DNA from: Nitrospirota bacterium
Lineage (GTDB): Bacteria; JACPQY01
Assembly: GCA_016180645.1 (NCBI GenBank)
Contig: JACPAV010000003.1
Coordinates: 248,001 to 312,000 of the forward strand
Direction of reading: 5' to 3'
DNA length: 64,000 nt
In this document: positions 35,511 through 44,599 of the stretch, piece by piece
Layout of the letters: every line of letters starts with the position of its first letter
How positions within the stretch are numbered: the first letter of the stretch is position 1
Notes under the pieces: model-generated
Databases searched by the model: none
What the model was told of the DNA's origin: nothing
The model's input: the letters and a program-made list of their open reading frames with translations, nothing else
Translations under genes and position numbers: made by a program

Positions 35511-35639
35511 CTCATGTCGAGCGCAAACTTTTTCGTACATCCGCTTGTATCTTTCGCTTGATTCCTGATTCGAGGCGCAGGCTCGTCTATGACCTTCCGG
35601 CTTCCGCCGAGCCCGCTGTCCGCTTGAAAACGGCAGACG

Positions 35640-35712
35640 GGCTGGCGGAGGGATTTGAACCCCCGACCTGCTGATTACAAGTCAGCCGCTCTACCACCTG
35701 AGCTACACCAGC
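35640..35712 (-). tRNA. tRNA-Thr(TGT)
   Basis: GCTGGTG/CGCCAGC stem, GCTGA-CTTGTAA-TCAGC anticodon arm. Confidence 0.96.
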
Positions 35713-35798
35713 AAAAAAAATCATGAACGTATCCTGTCCCGCTCTAGCTTTCATTTTGCAGAGAAGGCCCTAGCAAAGACCTTGCCGTTTTTTTGGAC

Positions 35799-35826
35799 AT
35801 TCTAGTCAGAACCGCTGTTTTGTCAA
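35799..35826 (-). promoter_or_regulatory. sigma70 promoter of the tRNA / ribosomal supercluster
   Basis: TTGACA-16 nt-TAGAAT, 86 nt upstream of the first tRNA. Confidence 0.75.
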
Positions 35827-35910
35827 CTGACCTTGGCCGGTGGCGGCGAAGGTCATCCGGTGCGAGTCGAAGCCGAGTTGAAAGGACACCCCCCGCCGGG
35901 GGGTGATCCC

Positions 35911-36318
35911 CTACGGAGTCCCCGAATAAGTCGCGAAGGAGTTCTCGGTTTCCCAGAGGCGGACGGTGCTCACGGGGTACTGCTGAGCACTCACGAAATC
36001 GAAAATCAGCTTGGCCAGGTTCTCGGCCGTCGGATTCACGTCCATGGTAAAGTAGGGCTCGCCAAGGGCGGACAGGCTGGACACGAGCGGATCGTCCTTA
36101 CGAAGAATCATCTTGTGGTCAAGTTCTCGATCGATCCATTCCTGAACCACCCGCTTGATGTCGCCGAAATCCACCACCATCCCCCGTTTATCCAGCTTGT
36201 CCGATGTCAGTTCGATTTCCACCCGGCCGTTGTGACCGTGCGGGTGCTTGCACTTCCCTTCATAATTCAAAAGACGGTGCCCGTAGCAGAAGTTGAGAAT
36301 GCGGGTAACTCGAAACAT
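35911..36318 (-). CDS. queD: 6-carboxytetrahydropterin synthase (QueD/PTPS family)
   Basis: F.YGHRL...GKC..HGHN, VVDFG, LDHK, PTAENLA, VRLWET; ATG at 36318. Confidence 0.9.
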   Translation of the reverse strand: MFRVTRILNFCYGHRLLNYEGKCKHPHGHNGRVEIELTSDKLDKRGMVVDFGDIKRVVQEWIDRELDHKMILRKDDPLVSSLSALGEPYFTMDVNPTAENLAKLIFDFVSAQQYPVSTVRLWETENSFATYSGTP

Positions 36319-36319
36319 T

Positions 36320-37108
36320 TCAGGTGCCTCCGTTGCGTTTTCGAAGGTGTAAAACCCGGTAGCCATTTTTGAACCTGTCGGTGTTCCCCAGCTCGACCGA
36401 TCCCCATCGCCCCGACGCCCGAAGGGCGCTCATAAGTCCCGCCAAGTCGGATTCCCTCACGATCCGGAGCCGCTCCCAAGCCCGGACCTGCCGCTTCTCT
36501 CCACCGGATTCGAGCGTCCAGTCATATCGGTAGATCCTGAACCCGTCTCCCGGATGACGCTCCTCCCGAATGCGCAAACCGGCGAGCGTGGAGCCTACGC
36601 GGTATCGCGCGGTCCCGCGCGGTGGAGTGTGGGGATGGGTTGTACCCACGTGCAGGTCAAACACAAAGAATCCTCCAGGGCGCAGGAGCGATCCCACCGC
36701 CGCACAGAGGGGAAGCATGCTTCCGAACAGGAAGTCCAGGAGTGCGCTGAGACCCAACATGTATGCCCCGTCGAATCGCCGCCCATTCGAACGAAGCTCC
36801 AGCACATTCCCCAACTGAAAACGTGCTCGGCGCGCGAGACCGGACTCGCGGGCCTTCCGGGTCGCCAGGTCCACCATTCGCCGCGATGCGTCGATTCCCG
36901 TGACATGGTGTCCTTTCCGGGCCAGCACCAGCGCATGCGAACCCGTTCCGCAGCACAGGTCGAGCAGGGTTGCTCCGCGGGAGGCTTGCGCGGGGCGGGC
37001 CGCTCGTTCGATGAAGCGGCATTCCGCGTCGTAATCGTGCCACGCGCTATCGGCATCATAGAGGGAGGCCAAGACTCCCTGATACTTAGCCGGCAAATCC
37101 ACCGCCAT
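36320..37108 (-). CDS. Class I SAM-dependent methyltransferase
   Basis: LLDLCCGTGSHA motif I, VTGIDAS..M, LRPGGFFVFD; ATG overlaps the SDR stop (TGATG). Confidence 0.85.
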   Translation of the reverse strand: MAVDLPAKYQGVLASLYDADSAWHDYDAECRFIERAARPAQASRGATLLDLCCGTGSHALVLARKGHHVTGIDASRRMVDLATRKARESGLARRARFQLGNVLELRSNGRRFDGAYMLGLSALLDFLFGSMLPLCAAVGSLLRPGGFFVFDLHVGTTHPHTPPRGTARYRVGSTLAGLRIREERHPGDGFRIYRYDWTLESGGEKRQVRAWERLRIVRESDLAGLMSALRASGRWGSVELGNTDRFKNGYRVLHLRKRNGGT

Positions 37109-37842
37109 CAAGCCAGATGCCGGCCGCCATCGACGGGGATGACGGCCCCGGTGATGAAGTCCGACCCTTCTACAAGGAAGACGACCGTTCGCGCGATGTC
37201 TTCCGGCGACCCGATGCGCTTCAATGGCGTTGCGCGGATGATGGAACGTCGGATCTTGATTCCCCATTCATCAGGTAGGAGAACCGCACCCGGGGCCACC
37301 GCATTCACTTGAATCTCAGGCGCCAGCTCCACGGCGAGGGCCCGCGTCAATCCCACCAGCGCCGCCTTCGAGGCGAAATAGGCGGTGTAGTTCCGGTAGG
37401 GCCGTGTCACATCGGAGTCGATAATGTTGATGATCTTGCCGCCGCGCCGTTGTTTCATCCCCTTTGCCGCTTGTTGGGACAGAAAAAAAGCGCCCCGCGC
37501 ATTGACGTTCATGTGCTTCTCCCAATCCGCCTCCGTCGTGTTCTCCCAGGGCCGGGGCTCATAGACCGAAGCGCAATGGATGAGGACAGATAGTCCACCC
37601 AGCTCCCGCTCGGCTTGTTGCACCACCGCGCGCGCGCCGTCGATTCGAGCCAGATCGCCCCGGACGGCCGCGGACCGCGCTCCCATCGCGCGGATCTGCC
37701 GCACGGTGTCCATCGCGTCGTTCCGGGATGAGCGATAGTGCACGGCCACACTTGCGCCACGTTCTCCGAGCACGAGAGCAATCGCCCGGCCCACGCGGCG
37801 CGCCGCGCCCGTAACCAGAACGGAACGACCGCGCAAATCCAT
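37108..37842 (-). CDS. Short-chain dehydrogenase, pteridine reductase (FolM/PTR1-like)
   Basis: TGAARRVG (Arg typical of pteridine reductases), VHYRSS, IINIID, YFASK catalytic motif, VNAVAPG, VDGGR. Confidence 0.85.
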   Translation of the reverse strand: MDLRGRSVLVTGAARRVGRAIALVLGERGASVAVHYRSSRNDAMDTVRQIRAMGARSAAVRGDLARIDGARAVVQQAERELGGLSVLIHCASVYEPRPWENTTEADWEKHMNVNARGAFFLSQQAAKGMKQRRGGKIINIIDSDVTRPYRNYTAYFASKAALVGLTRALAVELAPEIQVNAVAPGAVLLPDEWGIKIRRSIIRATPLKRIGSPEDIARTVVFLVEGSDFITGAVIPVDGGRHLA

Positions 37843-38456
37843 CAATCGCGCTCCAGTGGATCCGTCACACCGGCTCCATGGAACCCCGAATGACGCTCCC
37901 GGCAGGAGGAGCATTCCCGGCAGTGGGCGTCTCCGTCTCGAAGGCAGCTCCAGGTGAGTTCAAAGGGCACGCCCAGGTCGTTTCCCATCCGCACGATCTG
38001 CGGTTTATCCATTGAAACGAAAGGCGTAATAATTCGGCAACGGTGGTTTCCGGAGCGAAGGGAAGCGGCCGCAATCAGGGTATTGAGGGATTCGAAGTAC
38101 TCCGGACGGGCATCCGGGAAGGAATCCGCATCCGATCGGATGTGGCCGCCGTAGATCTCCGGTAAGGACCACTGCTCCGCCATCGACGCGGCGATGCCGT
38201 AGAACATCAGATTCCGGCGCGGGATGTAATTCGAGAAGGCTTCGTTCGGAGTTTCAACGAACGGGAGCGAGACGCGGTGGATCCGCTCAATGCCGGCCGA
38301 TCGCGCAAGGGATTCCGCGGCCCGCCGTTCCGCGTTGAGGCGTGCCGGAAAGTCGAAATCCAGAACAACGGGCGTTCTCCCCTGCGCCTTCACCCAGGCC
38401 AGGAGAACGGCCGAATCCAAACCGCCTGAAAGCAGAACCAGGACTTCCGCGGCCAT
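37842..38456 (-). CDS. queC: QueC-like 7-cyano-7-deazaguanine synthase (short form)
   Basis: PP-loop LLSGGLDS, YIPRRN, FPDARPEY, TWSC and Cx8CxxCxxC Zn site. Confidence 0.8.
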   Translation of the reverse strand: MAAEVLVLLSGGLDSAVLLAWVKAQGRTPVVLDFDFPARLNAERRAAESLARSAGIERIHRVSLPFVETPNEAFSNYIPRRNLMFYGIAASMAEQWSLPEIYGGHIRSDADSFPDARPEYFESLNTLIAAASLRSGNHRCRIITPFVSMDKPQIVRMGNDLGVPFELTWSCLRDGDAHCRECSSCRERHSGFHGAGVTDPLERD

Positions 38457-38465
38457 GATTCGCCG

Positions 38466-38550
38466 AAGGTACCAGACTTGCAGCGCGCGGACAACGCGGC
38501 GCCAAGGTCGGGCCGTCCACCTTGATGATGGGATCACCGCGTGGTACGTT
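38466..38550. promoter_or_regulatory. Divergent pair of extended -10 sigma70 promoters (queC operon / MFS)
   Basis: Minus strand: TTGTCC-17-TACCTT. Plus strand: TTGATG-17-TACGTT. Both have TGG before the -10 and lie 9 nt before the start codon. Confidence 0.55.
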
Positions 38551-38559
38551 TCTCCGCCC

Positions 38560-39741
38560 GTGGAGATCCTCAAGGACCGCTCGTTCCAACTGGTCACCGC
38601 GAGCAATTTTTTCTTTCATCTGACCTTCACGGCCTTTTTTCTCCTGCCTTTGTACGTTCAGTCGCTCGGCGGCGACGAGGCCGAGATCGGCATTATCATG
38701 GGATCTTTCGGGCTGACGTCCATGTTCCTGATTCCGCTCGTGGGCAATCTACTGGATCGATACGGACGGAAGCCTTTCCTGTTGCTCGGCTGCATCTTGA
38801 TGGCCGTTGTTTCCCTGGCCTTCGGACTGATTCGGGACTACGACCCGTTCCTGTTTGGCGCCCTCCGAGCCTTGCAAGGGGCCAGCTTCTCCTGCGCCTT
38901 CATTGCGGCCAACGCGCTCATCGTGGATTTCGCGGAGCCCTCCGAGCGCGCCCGCGCCATTGGATATTTCGGCGTCTTTACGCTCGTCACGCACGCGATC
39001 GGGCCCATAATCGGCGAAGTTCTCCACGGAGTGATCGGCTATCGGTACGGTTTCCTTATTTCGACGGGCTGGAGCCTCGTGGGACTCCTTTTCGTGTTTC
39101 CGCTGCGAGAACCCGACCGGCCGGCCGAGGCCCGGGGCGGCGGCCATCCGCCTCGTGAATCGATCGGAATGCGGCTCCGGACGCCCCTGGCGACCGCCCT
39201 GCTGACAGGAGCCAGCTTCGTGGCCGTCCTCATCTTCGTGCCCGTACTGATGGAGACCCGGGGGTTGCGCCCCGTGAGCACTTTCTTCATTGGATACACG
39301 GCCGCGGCCACGGCGATGAGGCTTTTCTGCGGCGGCCTGTCGGATCGATGGGGGCGGCGTCCGACCATCTCGCTTTTTCTCACCGTGTTCTGTCTGAGCA
39401 CGCTGGTGCTGACGTTTGCGCCGAAAATGGAGCGCGGACTCTGGCCGCTGATCATTTTCGTTTCCCTGGCCTTCGGCGCGAGCCACGGCATGCTCTATCC
39501 CACTCTCAGCGCTCTGGTGGTGGACATGATGCAAGAGAACCAGAAGGGCCGCGCCGTCGCCTACTACAGTGGCGCGTTCAATGTGGGCGCAACGCTGGCG
39601 GCGTTTGCCCTGGGACCCGTGCTGAAGGCCTACGGCTACACCATCATGTTTGTGTGCTCCACGGCCGCCGCCTTGCTGGCTCTTCTGGTCTTTCACATCC
39701 CGACCACCGTCCCGGGGGCGAAACGAGCCGATGGAACTTGA
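38560..39741 (+). CDS. MFS transporter
   Basis: About 12 hydrophobic segments; motif A GNLLDRYGRK, repeated as GGLSDRWGRR; GTG start at 38560 chosen. Confidence 0.9.
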   Translation: MEILKDRSFQLVTASNFFFHLTFTAFFLLPLYVQSLGGDEAEIGIIMGSFGLTSMFLIPLVGNLLDRYGRKPFLLLGCILMAVVSLAFGLIRDYDPFLFGALRALQGASFSCAFIAANALIVDFAEPSERARAIGYFGVFTLVTHAIGPIIGEVLHGVIGYRYGFLISTGWSLVGLLFVFPLREPDRPAEARGGGHPPRESIGMRLRTPLATALLTGASFVAVLIFVPVLMETRGLRPVSTFFIGYTAAATAMRLFCGGLSDRWGRRPTISLFLTVFCLSTLVLTFAPKMERGLWPLIIFVSLAFGASHGMLYPTLSALVVDMMQENQKGRAVAYYSGAFNVGATLAAFALGPVLKAYGYTIMFVCSTAAALLALLVFHIPTTVPGAKRADGT

Positions 39742-40255
39742 CGGCGGAGCGCGGATCGCGCTCGCGGTGCTGGGAGTCCTCTGCGGCATGTTCGGCGAGA
39801 TCGTGTTCACGGCCGTAGCCGATTTCATCTCGCCTTCCTTCATCAAGAGTTGGAACGCCCACGCGAGGGGGTCCATCACCCAGGAAGCGCCGGCTTGGAG
39901 GGAGAAGCGGGATCGCCGGCTGACCGGCTACACCTTTCTTTGGATGATTCCCGTCTACGCGACAGGGACCCTTCTCTATGCTCCGGTGCACAACGCGATG
40001 GACTCATGGCCGACCCTGGTTCGAGTCGTTATCACGGCTTCGTATTTCTATGCTCTCGAATTCGGATTCGGCCTTCTCTTCAAAGGCCTCCTGGGCCGAT
40101 GCCCGTGGGACTATTCCTACTCGCGGTGGTCATTCCTCGGCGTCATACGATGGGACTACGCCCCCTCCTGGCTGGCGCTCGCTTTTGGCATCGACCACTT
40201 CTGGCCCAAGATTCTTCAGGCCGCCCGCGTGCTCTCCCCCATCCTCTGGCCCTGA
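39731..40255 (+). CDS. Membrane protein, TMEM229/ABC_trans_CmpB-like
   Basis: GYTFLWMIPVY and LEF..G......CPWDYS......G.IR.DYAP.W pattern; overlaps the MFS stop. Confidence 0.65.
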   Translation: MELDGGARIALAVLGVLCGMFGEIVFTAVADFISPSFIKSWNAHARGSITQEAPAWREKRDRRLTGYTFLWMIPVYATGTLLYAPVHNAMDSWPTLVRVVITASYFYALEFGFGLLFKGLLGRCPWDYSYSRWSFLGVIRWDYAPSWLALAFGIDHFWPKILQAARVLSPILWP

Positions 40256-40347
40256 ATCGGTCGCCCGATCTCTTCGTTGACCTGACGAGTAGAGCGATAT
40301 GCGTTACCTCGGCCGCCAAGCCTACGAGCCCCCCCCTTCTGATCCGG

Positions 40348-41112
40348 TTACCTAATATGAAGCCAACCCATGTATTTTCTTAAGTGTTGCAACGCCTCCC
40401 CCAACGTTGGTGCGGGCGAATCTCCCCGGGAAAGACTAACCACGGTGGGAACGCCCATCGTGGAGAACGGCTCGTCACGTACTTCCGGAAAGGCTCTCGA
40501 GAGGTGCTTAAAAGTCGCCTTCTCCATCTGAGCCGGATATTGTTTCTTCAGTTCATCTACCATCGCGTTAATGTGGGAATAGACAATGTCGCCGTAGGCC
40601 AGCGCCTCATCACTCGTGGGAATATAGCCTTTGTGGACGACTGCATTTCGAAATTCTCGCCATGTACGCGTCTGAGCCTTCGAGGCCCCCGACAGCTCCG
40701 GCTTCACATCTTCAATCGTCGCAGCAGCCGCTCGATTCTCCATCATGTAGACAAAGAGATAGGCCCCGAATTGCCTTTCCGATTGATTGACAACCCACTT
40801 CCAAGTCTGGTCGTATGTCTCATCCACAATGTTGTTCTTGATGGAGATCACTCGCGTGTAATATTCGTAGAACCTCTCCAGCGCCGAGGCCATGCTTGTT
40901 ACGGCCTCTCGGGGATAGCCGTCCAGGAGAGCCATCGCCCCGATCTCGAATAGGACCTCAAACTTCTGCTGTTGCAGAGCCGTGACACTCCTATGGCCTC
41001 TCCCGCAGACCACAATGAACAACCCATCGTCCCTCATTTCGGCCGCCATAACCTCCGGGTCTGCTTGGAAGTTTTCACGCATGCATTGCATGCACGAGAT
41101 CCGTAGTCTCAT
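40348..41112 (-). CDS. Hypothetical protein: N-terminal Zn ribbon plus putative HEPN RNase domain
   Basis: CMQC...CGRGH; helical EAV..MASALE segment; RNAVVH matches the RxxxxH HEPN motif; GGAGG SD. Confidence 0.6.
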   Translation of the reverse strand: MRLRISCMQCMRENFQADPEVMAAEMRDDGLFIVVCGRGHRSVTALQQQKFEVLFEIGAMALLDGYPREAVTSMASALERFYEYYTRVISIKNNIVDETYDQTWKWVVNQSERQFGAYLFVYMMENRAAAATIEDVKPELSGASKAQTRTWREFRNAVVHKGYIPTSDEALAYGDIVYSHINAMVDELKKQYPAQMEKATFKHLSRAFPEVRDEPFSTMGVPTVVSLSRGDSPAPTLGEALQHLRKYMGWLHIR

Positions 41113-41186
41113 CTGCCCTCCAACTCCCTATCCCCGCGATCCAATGCGAAGTTGCGGTGCCTACGGTGTGCCAAGGACCACCTCCT

Positions 41187-44100
41187 CTACCCGCCGGACA
41201 TGAAGTCAAAGCAGACCAAGCGCAGGCTCTCACGGCTGAGCTGCGTGGGCTTGCGGTTTGAACCTCCGGCCCCCACGCCCCCGGCGGCCCCATACTTCCC
41301 CATGAGATCCTCTATCACTCCAACCAATCCCCTCACGTCCTTTCCCCTTTGGAAGGCCTTGTGGGCGGACCGCAACTCCGCCACCTGGACGCCCAGCAAG
41401 GGCCGACTCAGGAATCGGATCACTTCGATCGTGCGCTTCCGATCCAGGTCTGGGTGGTTCGCATAGCCTTGAAGAATGGTCGCCAGAGTTTGCTGGATGG
41501 GATCCACTGAGCGCGGCGCAGACTGTAGTGCCTTCTGTTCTTCTAGGGACCTGAGAATGCTCTCGATGATCCTCTCCTGGATTTCGAAGACATTCTTGAA
41601 CATGCTCGGCTCGACCACCCGTGGGGTGTCGCGGTCACAGGCGATCAGATTCCCGATAATGTACCTGTTATCCAGAATGTCATCCGTTTTCGAATCGTAG
41701 TACTTCCAGAAATTCATGACACCCGATCCCGGAACGTCCGCCTGGAAAAAGAAGAAGATCCCCTTGGCTCCCGCCTTTACGAGGCCGGAGTGGATACCAT
41801 CCGGGATCGAATCCAGCATTTCCTTCCCGCCGGCCCCGATGACCCCCCTCAACTGTTGGAGCAGGAATTCGCTGCTTGCCAGTTCCGCGAATTGTTCCTC
41901 CTCCTCCATGACGGCGCCATCTTCCTCGCTGATCCGCCGAAGGGTGTTGAAATTCCGGGGATGAACGGTTTCGCCAAGAACGCTGGCATCTAAGAACCCC
42001 GCCCGATCAATGTCGGCGATTTTTCTGCTCAGTCGCTCGACCAATCCGAGCAGGCGATCCAATCCGGCGTCCGGAAACATGTTGTAGATCCAGAGAACGT
42101 CGAAATCGCTCCCAATGCGATCAATCCGACCCGCTCGCTGGACCATCCTGGTCGGGTTCCAATGGAGGTCGTAGTTGATGAGATGCCCACAGTCCTGGAG
42201 ATTCTGCCCCTCGGAGAGCACGTCCGTTGAAACAAGGATATGAATTTCCCGATCCGTGCCGATCCAGTCGGGCCTGTCGTTTGCCTTGGGGGCGAATCCC
42301 TGGACGATTCGGAGCCGCTCCTTGGGGTCGGCTCCGCTGTCCATCCGGCGGATGCTCACGCCTCCGAGTGATTTCCGGAACGCCTCGGCGGCGGGATTCT
42401 CGGGGTGCCCCAAGTGGCGATACAGGTATCGTGCCGTGTCCTTGTAATGGGTGAAGATCAGGACTCTCTTCCCGAGAAAATCCGTGGAGAGCAGATCCTT
42501 GAGCCGTGAAAGCTTGGCATCGGCCTCGGGTTTGATGTCCTTGATGCGGAGCCAGATGTCGTTAAGGATTTCAACGTCGTGTTGAACGGCCCTGTGGAGC
42601 TTTCGGAGGTCGTAGAGATTCGGATCGACCGTCCCAACAGATTCAAGAACCTTGCGCGCCTCCTCATTGGCGTCAATTTCCTCCGCCCGCGATAGCGGCG
42701 TCGCATCGTCCTCCTCTTCCTCGCTCGCCACGTATCTCATCGCCTTCTCGAAGTCTGAGCTTCTGATCAGACGGCCGCCCAGGATGTATTCCTCGAACGT
42801 CTTCAGGAATGAGAGGGCGCGGCGGACGCTGATTCGAAATGCCTCAACGCTCGACTCGAACCTCTTGAGATAACGGCTCTTGAAAATGCCGACGAGCGCC
42901 TCCTCACGGCCTGCTTCCATCTCGTCCACCTGCACCCCCTCCTTCTTGTAGTCCTCCAAGTTGTAGGGGGCGAGTTTCAACTTGTCGATCCCCGAGACAA
43001 TGCCCTCATAGATACCGGCATAGGTGCGTTCCAAGTCGTAGCGGACGGTCTTCAGTTTTCGCTCCGGGAAATGAATCTTTTTCCCGCGGATCGTGGCCTC
43101 CGGGTAGGCTTTCCGAATGTGCGGACGGGTTCGGCGGATGACCGCTTCTTCCAGGAGGTTGTAGAGCGCAAACGTGGCGCTGTTTGCTCGTGATTCCCGC
43201 CTGGCCCGGAGGAAATACTTGTGCAGGTCTCCGATTCCGCAGGCCGCGAAATAGCTGCGATCACCCTTCGTGACGAGGCAGAATTGATTGTACAGGTCCA
43301 GCAGGTCATTGCTGATCGGCGTGGCCGTCAGCAGGATGATCTTCTTGGGCATGCCGTCCCGGCCCCTGCCCCCGTTGGTGCCGATAATCCTCTCGAGGCT
43401 TCCATACCGTTGGGCCGTGCGATTTCGGAAATTGTGGGATTCGTCCACCAGGAGGACGTCGGCATCGCCGAAGGGAGACGGGTCGAACTCCTCCCGTCCC
43501 AACTCTTCCTGGGAGACAACCGTCGCCGAGATGCTGGCTTCCCGCAGCTCACGCTCCCACATGTCGCGCAGGCTTGCCGGGCAGATGACCAGCGCCTTCT
43601 GGCGCATGTGGTAGGCGAAGTCTTCGAGGAGCTTCTTTCCGATCCACGTTTTCCCGAGGCCGACGGAGTCCGCGACCATGACTCCGTGGTAAATCCCAAG
43701 GATCTTGCGGGCTTTCTTGACTGCGTCCTCTTGGAATTCCGCCAACTCTACCGCTGAGCGCATGCCAGTCAGCGGGGCGTCTTCCAGTTCATCCTTGAAA
43801 TATTCGTAGAGCGCCTTGAGGTAGACTTGGTAAGGCGTGTATTCCTTCTGACCGAATTTCGACGCGTCGAGCAGGTCGATGAGATCGTGCTTGAAATCCC
43901 GCGCGTCCTCCCATTGTCGGTCGTACCATTGTTCCAGCTCAATGATGGCGCGGGCACCCACCTCGCTCTTGAGGAGCTGCCTGTTCTCTACGGTGATTCT
44001 CTCGCTCGGCTTCGCGTCGGAGAGCCAGGCGACGGATCGGGCGGCCTCAGTATCCTCAGCCTCTGTCTTTTCCAGAAGAACTTTGTGCGCGAGATTCAGT

Positions 44101-44591
44101 TCCCGGTTTGACGTAAGGCCGGGCACGGTGAAGTTGGAGGACCCGACGATGGCCACGATGGGCCGAAAGCGATCAAACAGCATCTGCTGCCCCGGTCGGT
44201 CCGAGTAGAACAGCCAACATTTGGCGTGGAGAAATCCCTCATCGTGGAGACGCACCAAGACCGATTCACGGCGTAGGTAGGCGATCAGGTCCTCGACAAG
44301 GCTTAGGGTCCTTTCCTCAAAGGGGAGGGCTTCAAGGTCCTTGCGAATCAGGCCCCGAATCGCCGCCGGATCGGGCCGGAGGCCAATCTGTTCCCCTGTG
44401 GTCGGTTCAGAGCCAAGCAGGAGTCGAAGATTGCCAAGCCCGGACAGGCCCTCTTTCACCAGGCCGAAGCCGCCGACCGTGAAATAGGCCGAGGCCACAT
44501 CGAGGGATCGGCCCTTGTGCGCTTCGAGAAGCGCCTTGAGGACACCCTGCAAATGGTGTGTTTGATTGTCGATGACATAGGGTATTTTCAT
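41187..44591 (-). CDS. PLD-nuclease / SNF2-family helicase fusion
   Basis: PLD motif LHAK...GSSNFT.PG...NRELN; ADSVGLGKT, DESHNFRN, TATP; STDVLSEGQNLQ, NYDLHWNP..MVQRAGRIDRIG. Confidence 0.9.
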   Translation of the reverse strand: MKIPYVIDNQTHHLQGVLKALLEAHKGRSLDVASAYFTVGGFGLVKEGLSGLGNLRLLLGSEPTTGEQIGLRPDPAAIRGLIRKDLEALPFEERTLSLVEDLIAYLRRESVLVRLHDEGFLHAKCWLFYSDRPGQQMLFDRFRPIVAIVGSSNFTVPGLTSNRELNLAHKVLLEKTEAEDTEAARSVAWLSDAKPSERITVENRQLLKSEVGARAIIELEQWYDRQWEDARDFKHDLIDLLDASKFGQKEYTPYQVYLKALYEYFKDELEDAPLTGMRSAVELAEFQEDAVKKARKILGIYHGVMVADSVGLGKTWIGKKLLEDFAYHMRQKALVICPASLRDMWERELREASISATVVSQEELGREEFDPSPFGDADVLLVDESHNFRNRTAQRYGSLERIIGTNGGRGRDGMPKKIILLTATPISNDLLDLYNQFCLVTKGDRSYFAACGIGDLHKYFLRARRESRANSATFALYNLLEEAVIRRTRPHIRKAYPEATIRGKKIHFPERKLKTVRYDLERTYAGIYEGIVSGIDKLKLAPYNLEDYKKEGVQVDEMEAGREEALVGIFKSRYLKRFESSVEAFRISVRRALSFLKTFEEYILGGRLIRSSDFEKAMRYVASEEEEDDATPLSRAEEIDANEEARKVLESVGTVDPNLYDLRKLHRAVQHDVEILNDIWLRIKDIKPEADAKLSRLKDLLSTDFLGKRVLIFTHYKDTARYLYRHLGHPENPAAEAFRKSLGGVSIRRMDSGADPKERLRIVQGFAPKANDRPDWIGTDREIHILVSTDVLSEGQNLQDCGHLINYDLHWNPTRMVQRAGRIDRIGSDFDVLWIYNMFPDAGLDRLLGLVERLSRKIADIDRAGFLDASVLGETVHPRNFNTLRRISEEDGAVMEEEEQFAELASSEFLLQQLRGVIGAGGKEMLDSIPDGIHSGLVKAGAKGIFFFFQADVPGSGVMNFWKYYDSKTDDILDNRYIIGNLIACDRDTPRVVEPSMFKNVFEIQERIIESILRSLEEQKALQSAPRSVDPIQQTLATILQGYANHPDLDRKRTIEVIRFLSRPLLGVQVAELRSAHKAFQRGKDVRGLVGVIEDLMGKYGAAGGVGAGGSNRKPTQLSRESLRLVCFDFMSGG

Positions 44592-44599
44592 CACGACCC

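Noticed and set aside
35073-35540. 155-aa ORF across the tRNA cluster
   Set aside because: Overlaps three tRNA genes; spurious
37842-38456. QueC as part of qatABCD, type IV CBASS or a Dpd DNA-modification system
   Set aside because: No QatA ATPase, TatD, CD-NTase or DpdA/TGT nearby; separated from the island by two opposite-strand genes
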